Source: Acidobacteriota bacterium
Lineage (GTDB): Bacteria; Acidobacteriota; Terriglobia; Versatilivoradales; Versatilivoraceae
Assembly: GCA_040753175.1 (NCBI GenBank)
Contig: JBFMEW010000019.1
Coordinates: 112,300 to 144,299 of the forward strand
Direction: 5' to 3'
Length of the DNA stretch: 32,000 bases
Shown: positions 1 through 9,598 of the stretch, one piece after another
How the letters are laid out: each line of letters opens with the position of its first letter
Numbering within the stretch: the first letter of the stretch is position 1
Position numbers and translations under genes: made by a program
The notes under the pieces: generated by a model
Told to the model about the DNA's origin: nothing
Databases searched by the model: none
Seen by the model: only the letters and a program-made list of their open reading frames with translations

Positions 1-785
1 TTTCCTGCATACCCATGGCTGCGCACCGACACCACTGCGCTGGTGATGGATTCCGGAAGAACCGACAGGGGGGCGCTCACCTGGCTGAGCTCGATATCCT
101 TTCCGATCTCAGTTTGACCGACCGCACAAACATTCACCGGGATCTTTCTGCTCTGAAACTGCGAGATGACGGCGCTCAGGTTGCGGGACAGGTTGTCGGC
201 ACCATCGCTAAACACCAACACGCTGGCCAGCTGTGCGGAGCTCAACTCTTTCGAGATCGCGTCCAGAGCGCTTTCCAGGCCAGTCCCGGTTCCGCTGGGC
301 TGCAATGCCTCAGCTGACCGGAGGTGCTCCACATCACGGGAGAAGCGGAACAGCTGTGTTTGGAACCGCTTATTCAGCTCATCCATCAAGGGGCTTTTTT
401 GCGGGTCCAGAGCCTGCTTGACCGCTTCCAGCCGGCTCTGGCCATCGGTGTCCTCGATAGACATGCTGCGGGAGTCGTCGACCAGCACAGCCGCCAGATT
501 TTCCCGAGGACGAACCGTCGACACGCGCAGGACGGGTTGGCACAAAATGATCATGAGGACCAGTACCGTGCAGATCCGCAACAGCGCCAGCCCTACGATA
601 TTCCAGGACGGTCTGGAGGGGGGGCCGGCGGAAGGGCGAAATCGATACAGGAACAGGATCAGACCTAGAAGCGTGACGGTGAGAAGGACCCAGATCCAGG
701 CGGCTGGGCCTGCATCGAACGCAAGGCGACCCTTGGCAAACAAGTGAGGTTTGTATTTGAAGAAGAATTGGACGAGTCCATCCAT
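1..785 (-). CDS. BatA-like membrane protein with an N-terminal double-transmembrane segment and a von Willebrand factor A (vWA) domain; the 3' end runs off the left edge of the window
   Basis: Own translation of the reverse strand from the ATG at 785-783 gives MDGLVQFFFKYKPHLFAKGRLAFDAGPAAWIWVLLTVTLLGLILFLY...NIVGLALLRICTVLVLMIILCQP, which contains two hydrophobic helices. This is followed by AAVLVDDSRSMSIED (a DxSxS MIDAS-type motif) and VLVFSDGADN. The frame stays open to position 1, so the ORF track misses it because there is no stop in the window. It starts 22 nt downstream of the DUF4159 gene on the same strand. Confidence 0.6.
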   Translation of the reverse strand, partial: MDGLVQFFFKYKPHLFAKGRLAFDAGPAAWIWVLLTVTLLGLILFLYRFRPSAGPPSRPSWNIVGLALLRICTVLVLMIILCQPVLRVSTVRPRENLAAVLVDDSRSMSIEDTDGQSRLEAVKQALDPQKSPLMDELNKRFQTQLFRFSRDVEHLRSAEALQPSGTGTGLESALDAISKELSSAQLASVLVFSDGADNLSRNLSAVISQFQSRKIPVNVCAVGQTEIGKDIELSQVSAPLSVLPESITSAVVSVRSHGYAG

Positions 786-807
786 GCTGGGTCCGGCCGG
801 GTTTCGC

Positions 808-1614
808 CTAGTGAGTCATTGAGTACACGATGTAGTTGATTCCTAGGCGGTAGGCTGTAGTGGAGTATTTCTCCGGGTAGTAAGGGCTGTCTGCCCACTC
901 CCAAGCGTCGCCGAGGTCGGAATTGAAGTTCACCATCACCATCAGTCGGCCTGTTTCGTCGAAAATGCCTCGGAAGTGCGGGTCATACCCGTCCTTCTCG
1001 TACGTATTCCCCGAGTAGAGGAACTGAATTCCCGGCACTTGAATCAGCTCTTCCACATCGAAAAAACAGTGATAGATTGGGTGGCTCAAAGGAACGTCTA
1101 CAAACTTAGCGTTCGGAAATACCTTGTGCATCTGGTCTTCGAAGTTGGCCCATTCGTATGTTCCATGGAAGTCGTCCACCACGAGAAATCCGCCGCGCAA
1201 CAAGTACTCGCGCAGCAAATCCGCCTCCTCCCGAGACAGCTGAAGATAGCCGACCTCCACCGCATAGAGAAACGGGAACTTAAACATCTCGTTGGAAAAG
1301 GGAACAAACAAATGGGACTCCCGAACGTCCAGATTGGTCAGACGTTTAATGCCGGCAACAAAGGTGATGTCGGCTTTAGGAGCGTCGGTGGCCCAGCTTC
1401 CGTACCTCCAGCCACTGCCCCCGCTATACACCATGCGAGCGAACGAGAATTCGTTTTGAGAAGCTGCTCTCCCGTCGATTTCGTCCTGCCCAAACTGGAA
1501 TGCCGAGGGCCGTGATCTTCTTGAGCGGCGAGGATCCGAGGCGGATTGCGCCAAAAGAGCTGCCACAACTCCCGTGATCATCACCACTGCCAGGCTGAAT
1601 CTAGGTTTCCACAT
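808..1614 (-). CDS. DUF4159 domain-containing secreted or membrane protein, typical partner of Bat/vWA/MoxR clusters
   Basis: ORF 808..1704. The internal ATG at 1614 gives MWKPRFSLAVVMITGVVAALLAQSAS, a signal or anchor sequence, and is the preferred start. The segment REEADLLREYLLRGGFLVVDDFHGTYEWANFEDQMHKVFPN matches my memory of the DUF4159 family signature. Confidence 0.65.
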   Translation of the reverse strand: MWKPRFSLAVVMITGVVAALLAQSASDPRRSRRSRPSAFQFGQDEIDGRAASQNEFSFARMVYSGGSGWRYGSWATDAPKADITFVAGIKRLTNLDVRESHLFVPFSNEMFKFPFLYAVEVGYLQLSREEADLLREYLLRGGFLVVDDFHGTYEWANFEDQMHKVFPNAKFVDVPLSHPIYHCFFDVEELIQVPGIQFLYSGNTYEKDGYDPHFRGIFDETGRLMVMVNFNSDLGDAWEWADSPYYPEKYSTTAYRLGINYIVYSMTH

Positions 1615-1893
1615 CGTCGCGACCGTGCTTGAAAACAGAGCTTTAGTGATTATAGGTGGCTTCCAGACCCGACACAACCTGCCTGAAACAGGGGTTGACA
1701 GCACAACGACTTGCGCGCTTCCAATGGCCGAGTGACCCAGGTCGGGGTTAGATCCGATCAGGTGCCACCTCGTTGTTAGAGGATCGGCCCATGTTGCTGC
1801 TTTGCGTGCAGACTGATGATGAATTCAAGAGGAGGGAGGTGGAGAAGAAGGCCAGCCCCTGGGCGGCTTGCCTCAGGGACTGGGCTCGGTGTG

Positions 1894-2526
1894 CTATCGG
1901 CGCTTCGGCTCAAAGATCAGCGGACGATTCAGCTCGACTTCCAGGCGGGTTCCTTTTTGCAGCACGAGGTCTTTTCCGCCGGATATCGCTCCAATGGCCG
2001 CACCGCCCGCCGCACCGGTTCCCGCCCCAATGGCGGCATCTTTCCCGCTTCCGCGAGCAGCCCCCACGGCGGTTCCGACGGCTGCTCCAATTGCCGCGCC
2101 GATCGCAGCGTTTTTACCTCGGCTTCCGGAACTCTTGATCTCACCTTCATTCCCCACCCGCGTTTTCACGTTCTTTTCTCCCACCACGCCAGCGACGGAC
2201 GCGACGACGGGAAGTTTTCCGCGAGGAGCCTGAATTTCTTCGAAGCGTAAGACCAGCTCATTGTCCTTCACGTAGCTAACCTTGCCCTTCAACTTGGTTC
2301 CGGCCGGAATTAGGTTCCCGTCCGTCGCGCGAAGGGCCTCCAGCGATCGGACCTCAAACTTCTTCCCGGATTTGATTTTCTTGGCCTCCAGCTTGTCGCG
2401 AAGTTCCACCATGAATCGTGTGCCCGTGGGGATTTCTGACGCAGCCAGAATTGTGGAGGCTGAGGCCATCCAAAGGCCCCAGAGGGCCGTTTGTAATACT
2501 CGAAGCGTGTGACGGCTCAATCGCAT
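1894..2526 (-). CDS. Secreted protein with a C-terminal tandem glycine-zipper (GxxxG/A) region
   Basis: AAGGAGAA RBS upstream of the ATG at 2526. N-terminal signal-like TALWGLWMASASTILAA. Gly/Ala zipper GKNAAIGAAIGAAVGTAVGAARGSGKDAAIGAGTGAAGGAAIGAISGG. The Pro/Ala-rich ORFs on the opposite strand are shadows of this low-complexity region. Confidence 0.6.
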   Translation of the reverse strand: MRLSRHTLRVLQTALWGLWMASASTILAASEIPTGTRFMVELRDKLEAKKIKSGKKFEVRSLEALRATDGNLIPAGTKLKGKVSYVKDNELVLRFEEIQAPRGKLPVVASVAGVVGEKNVKTRVGNEGEIKSSGSRGKNAAIGAAIGAAVGTAVGAARGSGKDAAIGAGTGAAGGAAIGAISGGKDLVLQKGTRLEVELNRPLIFEPKRR

Positions 2527-2844
2527 AGCTTCTCCTTAAGTGTGGCGTCTCGTGACCGGACCTGGGCAGAACCTGCGTCCGGCACTTGGATTCGCCTGCA
2601 GTGTCTGCCGAGATGCTCACCGCAATCGGAATTCCAGGATTTGGCGTAACGCCAGGAGCATCCGCGGATTCAGTCACTTGGACGAGCGCCGGACACGTTG
2701 CGGTTGTCTTTCAGAAGTAATCCGGGGTGGAAAATTATTCACACCTGCTCCCCAATCTACCAGGGCGCTAGGCCTAACCGTCGGATTTTCCAGGTGCATC
2801 TTCGTTCCGGTTTTTCTATCCTCGAACAACCAAAGGAGGTCAAA

Positions 2845-4155
2845 ATGCCTGCAAAACGTCAGCTCTTATTGTATTGCCTCTTGCCCATTGTGCTCGCTCC
2901 GCTGGTGGCCTGTAGCAGTCGGCTTGAAAAGGACATCGAGGGCCAGTCCCGGAAACCACGTGTCGTCACGGTTGCTCAGACTGGTGAGGCGGACTTCGTG
3001 GGTAGCGACAACGTGGTGCTTCAAAGGGCCGCTGATTCTCTTCAACCGGGGGATACGCTGCAAATCGGTCCGGGCACCTACCTGATGGAGAACAGTCTAC
3101 TCATTCCTTCCGGAGTTACGGTTCGCGGCAAGCGAGGGGAAACCATTCTTCGAAAGGGGAAGGGAGTCGAGAGCCTCCTCACCGATGACGGTGACTACGG
3201 TGAGAACCAGTTGAGGGTTGCGGAGCCTCACAAATTTCGATCTGGTATGGGTCTCAGCGTGTCTGACAATCTCTTAAACAGCGGCTGGGATGTGTCGGTT
3301 ACGACAGTCAAAGCGGTGGAAGGCGACGTCCTTCGGATTGAACCCATGACTTTGCGCGACTACAACGTGGAAGAGCAAAAAGCCCGCGCTCGAAACAGCT
3401 TTCCCATTCTGTGCGCGATCGAGACCGATGGGATCGTTTTTGAAGACCTGATCGTGGACGGGAACAAGGAGGAGAATGCCTACCTGGATGGATGCCGAGG
3501 CGGGGCCATTTATCTGTACCGCTCCAAGAATGCCATCATCCGGAACTGCGTAGCCAGGAACTACAATGGAGACGGGATTTCGTTTCAAATCACGGACAAC
3601 GTGCAAGTATTGAACTGCGAGTCGCATGGACATACGGGGTATGGCGTTCACCCAGGTACGGGCAGCCCCCGGGCGGTCGTAAAAGATTGCCACCTTCACG
3701 ACAACGGGCAGGTCGGTCTCTTTCTATGCTGGCGCGTGCGTAACGGGAGGTTTGAGGGCAACCTGATCGAGAGGAACGGACAATACGGAGTCTCCATTGG
3801 CCACAAAGATACTGACAATGTGTTCCTCAACAACACGATTGCCCAAAACGGCTTTTGCGGCGTGTATTTTCGCAAGGAATCGTTCAAGAACAGTGGTCAC
3901 CGCAACCGGTTCGAGCGCAACCGAATCCAGGATAACGGAAACGATCGCGAGGGATATGGCGTCTACATAGAGCCCCATGCGGAAGGCCTGGAGTTTTCTG
4001 GAAATCAAATTTCAGAATCCCGGACGGGAGCGGCGCGGTTGCAGCGCTACGGGATTTACAGGACCGCCGCAGCCGGAGCTCTTCATCTCAAGGACAATCA
4101 AATGAGCGGACATCCGCAGCGCGACCTGTTCGAGGAGAACAAACGTGGCCAGTAG
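2845..4155 (+). CDS. Right-handed parallel beta-helix repeat lipoprotein (NosD or pectate-lyase-like fold)
   Basis: AAAGGAGG RBS then ATG at 2845. MPAKRQLLLYCLLPIVLAPLVAC carries an LVAC lipobox. Repeated beta-helix rungs are visible: IIRNCVARNYNGDGISF / VQVLNCESHGHTGYGVH / VVKDCHLHDNGQVGLF / GRFEGNLIERNGQYGVSI / VFLNNTIAQNGFCGVYF / NRFERNRIQDNG. The TTG-initiated extension back to 2698 is rejected. Confidence 0.7.
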   Translation: MPAKRQLLLYCLLPIVLAPLVACSSRLEKDIEGQSRKPRVVTVAQTGEADFVGSDNVVLQRAADSLQPGDTLQIGPGTYLMENSLLIPSGVTVRGKRGETILRKGKGVESLLTDDGDYGENQLRVAEPHKFRSGMGLSVSDNLLNSGWDVSVTTVKAVEGDVLRIEPMTLRDYNVEEQKARARNSFPILCAIETDGIVFEDLIVDGNKEENAYLDGCRGGAIYLYRSKNAIIRNCVARNYNGDGISFQITDNVQVLNCESHGHTGYGVHPGTGSPRAVVKDCHLHDNGQVGLFLCWRVRNGRFEGNLIERNGQYGVSIGHKDTDNVFLNNTIAQNGFCGVYFRKESFKNSGHRNRFERNRIQDNGNDREGYGVYIEPHAEGLEFSGNQISESRTGAARLQRYGIYRTAAAGALHLKDNQMSGHPQRDLFEENKRGQ

Positions 4156-4346
4156 AAGTACGAACTGAGGTAGCCGGATCCTCGTCGAGCTTCCAGCGAA
4201 CCGATCTTAGGCCTTTCATGACTTTGATACCGATGCGACGCGTCAGGCGACAGAACAAAGGCTGGGCTTGCCAACCAATGTCTTGGTAACGCCGGTTCCG
4301 ACGGCGGCGCGGGCCCGAACCGGATCTCGCTTGAAAGGAGGGAAAC

Positions 4347-5357
4347 ATGCCGGAGCTACGTCAAGATCCCACCACCAAAGAGTGGATCATCATTGCCAAA
4401 GAGCGTACGAAACGCCCCCACGAGTTTCACCGGCCCGTTTCCCAGCGTCCCAAGGCTGAGTACGAAGAATCGTGTCCCTTCTGTCTTGGAAACGAGTCTC
4501 GAACCCCACCGGAGGTCCTGGCCTATCGACAAGAGGAGAGAGCCAATTCCCCCGGTTGGACGGTTCGGGTATTTCCCAATAAATACGCTGCTTTGGAGCC
4601 CGAGGGTACCACCGTACGCCAGGTGGAGGCGGACTTCTTCTGGAAAATGGATGGGGTTGGCTACCACGAGGTCATTGTCGAAACGCCGCTCCACAATCGG
4701 TTTCTTCCAAGTATGGACTGGCAAGAGGTTCAGGCTATCCTGCAAGCCTATCGTCAACGCTACCTTTTTCTCAGGGAAGACAAGCGGGTTCGCTACATCT
4801 TGATCTTCAAGAACCACGGAGAGGCGGCAGGTACCTCGCTGGCTCATCCTCATTCTCAGCTCGTTGCGACCTCTGTGGTACCGGCCAACTTGCGGCGAAA
4901 GTACGAGGAGGCCGGCCGCTACTTCGACGCGACCGGGCGTTGTATTCATTGCGATGCTCTGGAAGCTGAACTCAGGGCCAAGAGGCGAGTCGTGATGGAG
5001 ACGGAACGCTTCGTCGTCTACCACCCCTTCGCCTCCCAGACCCCCTTTGAAACCTGGATCGTACCCAGACGCTATTGTCCCTCCTTTGCTCAAGCGACCA
5101 ATGAGGAGATCGCAGACTTGTCTGTTGTCCTGAAGAAGACGTTGGGATCGCTGTCCGCTGCGCTGAATGATCCGGACTACAATTACGTGGTCAATTCCGC
5201 GCCCATCGCTGGAGAAGACGAAGAATACTACCTCTGGCACCTGCAGATTCTTCCGAGACTGGGCCGACTGGCAGGGTTTGAGCTGGGATCGGGAATGCGC
5301 ATCAACCCCGCGCAGCCCGAAGAAACCGCCCGCTTTATTCGAGAACTCGACTCCTGA
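4347..5357 (+). CDS. galT: Galactose-1-phosphate uridylyltransferase family (GalT-type HIT) nucleotidyltransferase
   Basis: AGGAGGG RBS. Zinc-knuckle CPFCLGNE, FPNKY, HEVIVETP and the active-site motif HPHSQL (His-x-His-x-Gln of GalT-branch HIT enzymes). Length 336 aa. Confidence 0.8.
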   Translation: MPELRQDPTTKEWIIIAKERTKRPHEFHRPVSQRPKAEYEESCPFCLGNESRTPPEVLAYRQEERANSPGWTVRVFPNKYAALEPEGTTVRQVEADFFWKMDGVGYHEVIVETPLHNRFLPSMDWQEVQAILQAYRQRYLFLREDKRVRYILIFKNHGEAAGTSLAHPHSQLVATSVVPANLRRKYEEAGRYFDATGRCIHCDALEAELRAKRRVVMETERFVVYHPFASQTPFETWIVPRRYCPSFAQATNEEIADLSVVLKKTLGSLSAALNDPDYNYVVNSAPIAGEDEEYYLWHLQILPRLGRLAGFELGSGMRINPAQPEETARFIRELDS

Positions 5358-5393
5358 ACCGCATTCTGGTTGAGTTGCCTACACGGTTATCAA

Positions 5394-5407
5394 GGCCTCT
5401 TGAGGCC
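5394..5407. terminator. Short GC palindrome in the convergent gap between galT and the cytochrome operon; weak bidirectional terminator candidate
   Basis: GGCCTC-TT-GAGGCC is a perfect inverted repeat lying between two converging genes. There is no clear U-tract, so support is weak. Confidence 0.2.
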
Positions 5408-5464
5408 CGATCAGACAAGACCTATCCGTACATGGCAAAGGAACAGTTGTGGAATGGGGTTTTC

Positions 5465-6574
5465 TTATTGAACGAGTCGAGTGATTCTCCGGAACGTGAT
5501 TTCCTGTTGAGTCTCGCTGCGGGCCATGGGTGAGTAGTAATACCTCAGATTTGCCGTGATTCGGGTCTGGATGCCAGCTGGAATCGCGAAAGAGAACGAC
5601 TCGGTCCTTCTCTCATCGGGGGCCAGTCGGGTATCGGACAGCACCTTCGTAGCCTTCATGAAGGCGGCATGTTCTTTGGCCAACGGCGTTCCGCTTTGGT
5701 CCGCGACGACTCGCTGATAACGCTTCTCCTCACGAAGATGGCGGCCGTCGCTGGTGTCCGCCTTGACTTCCAAAATCAACTGGCGGAGAGGAGACCCAGT
5801 GGGCACGAAATGTCCGGCACCTCGGTTGGCGATGACAACCGTCACCTTCAATTGCTGGCCCGTTCGTGAGGTGGACAGCTGAGCTGTGATTGTTTTTGTA
5901 AGCTGATCCAAAGAATGCGATCCGGGCATCGCATGCAAGTTGATCTTGGCTTCTCGCGAACGCTTTATCCTGGGATCCACGACGTCTCCAGCCACCTGAT
6001 ACATATGGCAGGTCTGGCATTGCTTGCCATCCTTTCCGTAAGGGCTAGCTTTCCATTCTGAAAAGGTCGTGAGCAGAGAGAATCCGAGGTGGTTCTTGTA
6101 TTCGTGGCAGGGCGCACACGCTATTGATGAGGTATGGATGGGAGAGTATTGAGTGGCGTGTGCCGTTGAGCTGGCATCCTTCAGCGGCCCGCTTTTCACC
6201 GCGGAAAAGCTCACCACTGCCTTGGGGTTCGAGCCCTCTAGGGAAACGTCCCGGATGGAATGGCAGTAATCACAAGTCACACCGTCCCAGCTGACCTTTT
6301 TTTGAAGCTTGAGGTCTCCGGATGCCAGTCCGATTGGAGAATGGCATTGGAGACAAGTCTTGCGAACGGAAGGTCCAAACTCAGATTCGGCCATCTCCAG
6401 AGCGTCCTGAAAGAGCCAGCTCTCCATCGACCGGGCATGGGCGGAGGTCTTCCATGCCTCAAAGATGGTTCGGTGGCATCGCCCGCAACGTTCGGCGTTG
6501 TCGGGAGGATCCAGGGCGGTCGACCCGGCCGGACTCCACAACAGCAACAACATCAGGGGTGTATGTAGACTCAT
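5465..6574 (-). CDS. Secreted pentaheme c-type cytochrome (cytochrome c554-like multiheme family) with a C-terminal beta-rich domain
   Basis: GGAGGTG RBS and signal peptide MSLHTPLMLLLLWSPAGSTA. Five CxxCH motifs: CGRCH, CLQCH, CDYCH, CAPCH, CQTCH. It is the last gene of the Rieske/cyt b operon, 39 nt after the 9-heme gene. Confidence 0.8.
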   Translation of the reverse strand: MSLHTPLMLLLLWSPAGSTALDPPDNAERCGRCHRTIFEAWKTSAHARSMESWLFQDALEMAESEFGPSVRKTCLQCHSPIGLASGDLKLQKKVSWDGVTCDYCHSIRDVSLEGSNPKAVVSFSAVKSGPLKDASSTAHATQYSPIHTSSIACAPCHEYKNHLGFSLLTTFSEWKASPYGKDGKQCQTCHMYQVAGDVVDPRIKRSREAKINLHAMPGSHSLDQLTKTITAQLSTSRTGQQLKVTVVIANRGAGHFVPTGSPLRQLILEVKADTSDGRHLREEKRYQRVVADQSGTPLAKEHAAFMKATKVLSDTRLAPDERRTESFSFAIPAGIQTRITANLRYYYSPMARSETQQEITFRRITRLVQ

Positions 6575-6613
6575 CCTGCACCTCCTTGTGATGGCTGTCG
6601 AGCCCCTGGGCTG

Positions 6614-7894
6614 CTATGCGCCCCGGTTGGTACCGGACCCGTGCGGACTGCGAGCCCCGTTCTTCTTCTCCAGGGAATGGAGAGCCAACTGGAGTCCGGC
6701 AATGGTCATAACGATGGCGAGAAGCGAAAACCCGAGTCCGATTCGGCGAAATCTTCTTTCATTCATCGCCTCCACACCTGCCTGGTAGGTGCGCGCTGCG
6801 ATAGCGAGGCCCTCATTGACCGGTTTACTGAGCTCCGGAAGCGCAAACGCATGAACGGCCACTCTGGCTTTCACCAGAGCCTGATGGCCCTGCTGCTGCT
6901 CCAGGAGAGCTTCCGACACCTCCATTCCAGAACGTCTGGCAACCTCCAGAATGTCATCGGAGCGCTGGAGGGCAACATCCAGGCTGGAGAGCAGCCGGGT
7001 CATTTGCTCGGCCACAGTGGCGCCTGCAGATCCGCCTTCATGGCAGGAAGAGCAGAGTGAATCCGCTCCGGCCAGCATGGCGTCAGAGGGGCTCACAATC
7101 TTATGGTTGCCGTGACAGCTGACACATCCGGCCATGCCCATGCTTTCGAAGGCGGGCTCATGGGGGCTCTTCTGGTACAGATCTTCCATCAACGCATGGC
7201 AGGTTCCGCAAACAGCCGCTACCGATTTCACGGCTGGAGGCGTCGCTCCATGGTTGCCATGGCAGGAGGCGCAACTGGGGGCCGACAGATCGCCCCTTTG
7301 CGACAGGGCGTGCCAGTGGACGCTTTGCCGATAATCGTCAAACTGACTGGTGGCGAGATTGTATCGGCCCATTCGCTTTTGATCGCTATGACAATGAGCG
7401 CAGGTCTCTGGAAGATGAAGGGGATGGACTGGAGTGCGGGGGTCTTTCACCTCACGAATGTCGTGAACGCTATGGCAATCGATGCAGGTTGCAGCGTTGG
7501 TATCGCCTTCAGCGAGTCGTTTGCCGTGAACGCTGGTCTGATACTGGGCATACTGATCGACCCGCTGCTGCGGCCGGAAGCGGTGAATCAGATCGGCGTC
7601 ACTATGGCAGCGGGCACACAGTTTTGGAATCTCGGTTCGCTTGATTTTTCCCAGGAAGCCTCGCTTGGGGCTCATGGATGCTTCGGGATCGTCCAGGGTC
7701 GCGTCTCCTCCATGACAGTCCACGCACCCGAACCCTCGGTGCTTATGGATGTCCGCGTCAAAACGGACCGCTGGAGTCTGAAGATAGTCCTCCAAGGCCG
7801 AGTGACACTCAAGGCAGGAGTCCTTTGCAGACGCCGTTGCCGGAAAAACCAGCAAGACCCAAAAGAGCAGTGTTCTGTTCGCCACGATATTCAC
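6614..7894 (-). CDS. Nonaheme c-type cytochrome with a C-terminal transmembrane anchor
   Basis: Signal peptide [15 protein letters not shown]. Nine CxxCH motifs: CLECH, CVDCH, CARCH, CIDCH, CAHCH, CASCH, CGTCH, CVSCH, CSSCH. C-terminal hydrophobic helix [21 protein letters not shown]. The GTG start overlaps the cyt b TGA stop (GTGA at 7894-7891). Confidence 0.8.
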   Translation of the reverse strand: MNIVANRTLLFWVLLVFPATASAKDSCLECHSALEDYLQTPAVRFDADIHKHRGFGCVDCHGGDATLDDPEASMSPKRGFLGKIKRTEIPKLCARCHSDADLIHRFRPQQRVDQYAQYQTSVHGKRLAEGDTNAATCIDCHSVHDIREVKDPRTPVHPLHLPETCAHCHSDQKRMGRYNLATSQFDDYRQSVHWHALSQRGDLSAPSCASCHGNHGATPPAVKSVAAVCGTCHALMEDLYQKSPHEPAFESMGMAGCVSCHGNHKIVSPSDAMLAGADSLCSSCHEGGSAGATVAEQMTRLLSSLDVALQRSDDILEVARRSGMEVSEALLEQQQGHQALVKARVAVHAFALPELSKPVNEGLAIAARTYQAGVEAMNERRFRRIGLGFSLLAIVMTIAGLQLALHSLEKKNGARSPHGSGTNRGA

Positions 7895-9003
7895 CGAAAG
7901 TACCCCAATATTGAGAACGTCACCAGATAAGCCAAGAGTACGAATCCAGCGCCCTGAACCAGATGAGTTCGAGTCATCCCTTGTTTGTTGGTGGCCCAGA
8001 AGGGCAAGCTAATCCACCCCAACGCCAGGACTCCAAATCCCAGCAGCCCCAGAAGTTCACCTTCGATGAAGCCCACATGACTGGGAATCAGCTTAAGGGT
8101 GTAAAAGGGTGCCAGGAAATACCATTCCGGACGGATACCGGCAGGAGCCGAGGCAAAGGGATCCGCCTTCTCTCCGAGCTCCCAGGGAAAAAGTGCCGCC
8201 AGCGCCCCCAACACGCCCAGCGCGGCATACCAGGCCATCAACTCACGGATCAGAAAGTTTGGCACGAAGGGCATTTGAGGGACCTGACCACCCTGACCGC
8301 GGTACTTGTCGGTGACCTTGGGAGGCGAACTCATCCCGAACTTCTGTACCAAAGCGAGGTGAAGCAGGAGAAAAATCGTGGCCAATCCAGGCAGCACCGC
8401 GACGTGAAATCCGAAAAATCGGGTTAGAGTTGCTCCGCTGACTTCCTCGCCGCCACGAAGAAAACGGGCTACTGGGGGACCGATCCACGGAATGCTGGCC
8501 GCCATGTCGGTCCCGACTTTCGTGGCGAAATAAGAAACCGTATTCCAGGGAAGCAGATACCCGCTGAAACCGAAAGCCAAAGCCAGCCCCAGCAGAACGA
8601 TTCCGCTCAACCAGGTTACTTCCCGCGGCCTGCGGTAAGAGTGCAGGAAGACGACACTGAACATGTGAATGAAGGCGGCCAGCACCATCAGGTTGGCGGA
8701 CCAGCTATGGACCGAACGGACCAGCCATCCGAACTGTACCCGCGTCATGATGAACTGCACACTCTCGTAGGCGTCCGAAGCGGTTGGTCGATAATACAAG
8801 AGCAGCAAGGTGCCCGTGAGGACTTGAATCACGAACAGGAAGAGCGTGATGCCGCCAAAGTAGTACCACAGGGTTCCCGAATGCACGGGTACGGTTTTGT
8901 GAGCGAGGAACTCGCGGATGGAATCGAGCCCCAGCCGCTCATCCAACCATCCACGGATCCCTGTTGCAGTCTCGGAACGGTTTGCCAATGTACCCCTCCC
9001 CAC
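7891..9003 (-). CDS. Cytochrome b subunit of a Rieske/cytochrome b (bc/b6f-type) complex; fused cyt b plus subunit-IV-like C-terminus
   Basis: [47 protein letters not shown] and the Qo-site [11 protein letters not shown] (PEWY) motif. Multiple TM helices over 370 aa. The GTG start directly abuts the Rieske stop (TGA at 9006-9004). Confidence 0.85.
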   Translation of the reverse strand: MGRGTLANRSETATGIRGWLDERLGLDSIREFLAHKTVPVHSGTLWYYFGGITLFLFVIQVLTGTLLLLYYRPTASDAYESVQFIMTRVQFGWLVRSVHSWSANLMVLAAFIHMFSVVFLHSYRRPREVTWLSGIVLLGLALAFGFSGYLLPWNTVSYFATKVGTDMAASIPWIGPPVARFLRGGEEVSGATLTRFFGFHVAVLPGLATIFLLLHLALVQKFGMSSPPKVTDKYRGQGGQVPQMPFVPNFLIRELMAWYAALGVLGALAALFPWELGEKADPFASAPAGIRPEWYFLAPFYTLKLIPSHVGFIEGELLGLLGFGVLALGWISLPFWATNKQGMTRTHLVQGAGFVLLAYLVTFSILGYFR

Positions 9004-9435
9004 TCAAGTTTGCCGTGTAATGAAGACTTCGTCCCCGCGGACCCGCACCGCAAAGGCCTCGAGAGGTCTTGGTGGCGGTCCGGACACGACCTTTCCATTG
9101 AGGTCGAAAAGGCCGTTATGACAGGCGCACCAGATGTGCTGGGTGGACTCCTGGAACTGCACCGTGCAGTTCAAATGCGTACAGACGGCGGAAAACGCAC
9201 GCCACTCGGTTTCCGTAACACGAATCAGCAGCGCCGGACGACTGCCGAACTTCACGATCTTTCCCGTGTGAGGTTTCAAGTCGTCAACCTTGCCCGCGAC
9301 CACCTCATTGGTGGAGGCCTCGGGGACGGGCGGCGGATTCATGAATTTGATGGCTGGATAGAAGAACGAGATGAGGGACGCGGTAAATCCGCCTCCCAGA
9401 AGCCAGCCGACAAAGCTACGACGTAGTGTGGCCAC
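9004..9435 (-). CDS. Rieske [2Fe-2S] iron-sulfur subunit
   Basis: Twin-arginine-like N-terminus TLRRSFVGWLLGG followed by a TM helix. Cluster-binding boxes CTHLNC and CACHNG (the CxH...CxxH pairs). Confidence 0.85.
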   Translation of the reverse strand: MATLRRSFVGWLLGGGFTASLISFFYPAIKFMNPPPVPEASTNEVVAGKVDDLKPHTGKIVKFGSRPALLIRVTETEWRAFSAVCTHLNCTVQFQESTQHIWCACHNGLFDLNGKVVSGPPPRPLEAFAVRVRGDEVFITRQT

Positions 9436-9577
9436 CGACCCTCCTTGCTCAGATTTAAGATGTTTCGAAAGAGGCTTCTTGTCTCGATGACTGCTTAAGA
9501 CAACAAAAGCGCCTTATTGTGAGCCAGTCTAGAGAATGGTCAGAACGCGAATCGGAACCGTTAGAGCATGAACTGGT

Positions 9578-9598
9578 GTTGCATATTGCAACAATTGT
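9578..9598. promoter_or_regulatory. AT-rich palindromes upstream of the Rieske operon; candidate operator or promoter region
   Basis: GTTGCA-TAT-TGCAAC (9578-9592, 6 bp arms) is immediately followed by the 8 bp palindrome ACAATTGT (9591-9598). They lie about 145-160 bp upstream of the Rieske ATG, in the most AT-rich part of a 790 bp gene-free region. The function is inferred only. Confidence 0.25.

Noticed and set aside
166-747. Plus-strand ORFs at the left edge (100, 193, 62 and 114 aa)
   Set aside because: The reverse strand translates into a coherent double-TM plus vWA (DxSxS) protein that is open to the window edge. The plus-strand ORFs are its shadows.
1773-2250. Pro/Ala/Arg-rich plus-strand ORFs (121, 144 and 121 aa)
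   Set aside because: They are complements of the Gly/Ala-rich glycine-zipper coding region on the minus strand. The low-complexity mirror-image composition explains them.
2698-2844. A 49-codon TTG-initiated N-terminal extension of the beta-helix gene
   Set aside because: A canonical AAAGGAGG RBS precedes the internal ATG at 2845, which opens directly into a lipoprotein signal peptide.
4356-5240. A 294-aa ORF on the minus strand, antisense to galT
   Set aside because: This is a typical high-GC shadow ORF. It has no RBS, an Arg/Gly/Leu-rich low-information sequence and no motifs. The opposite strand carries an unambiguous GalT signature.
7103-9426. Long plus-strand ORFs (275 aa at 7103..7930, 154 aa at 7963..8427, 261 aa at 8641..9426) antisense to the cytochrome operon
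   Set aside because: The minus strand encodes proteins with dense diagnostic motifs (nine CxxCH, PEWY, Rieske boxes). The plus-strand ORFs are compositional shadows without RBS or motifs.
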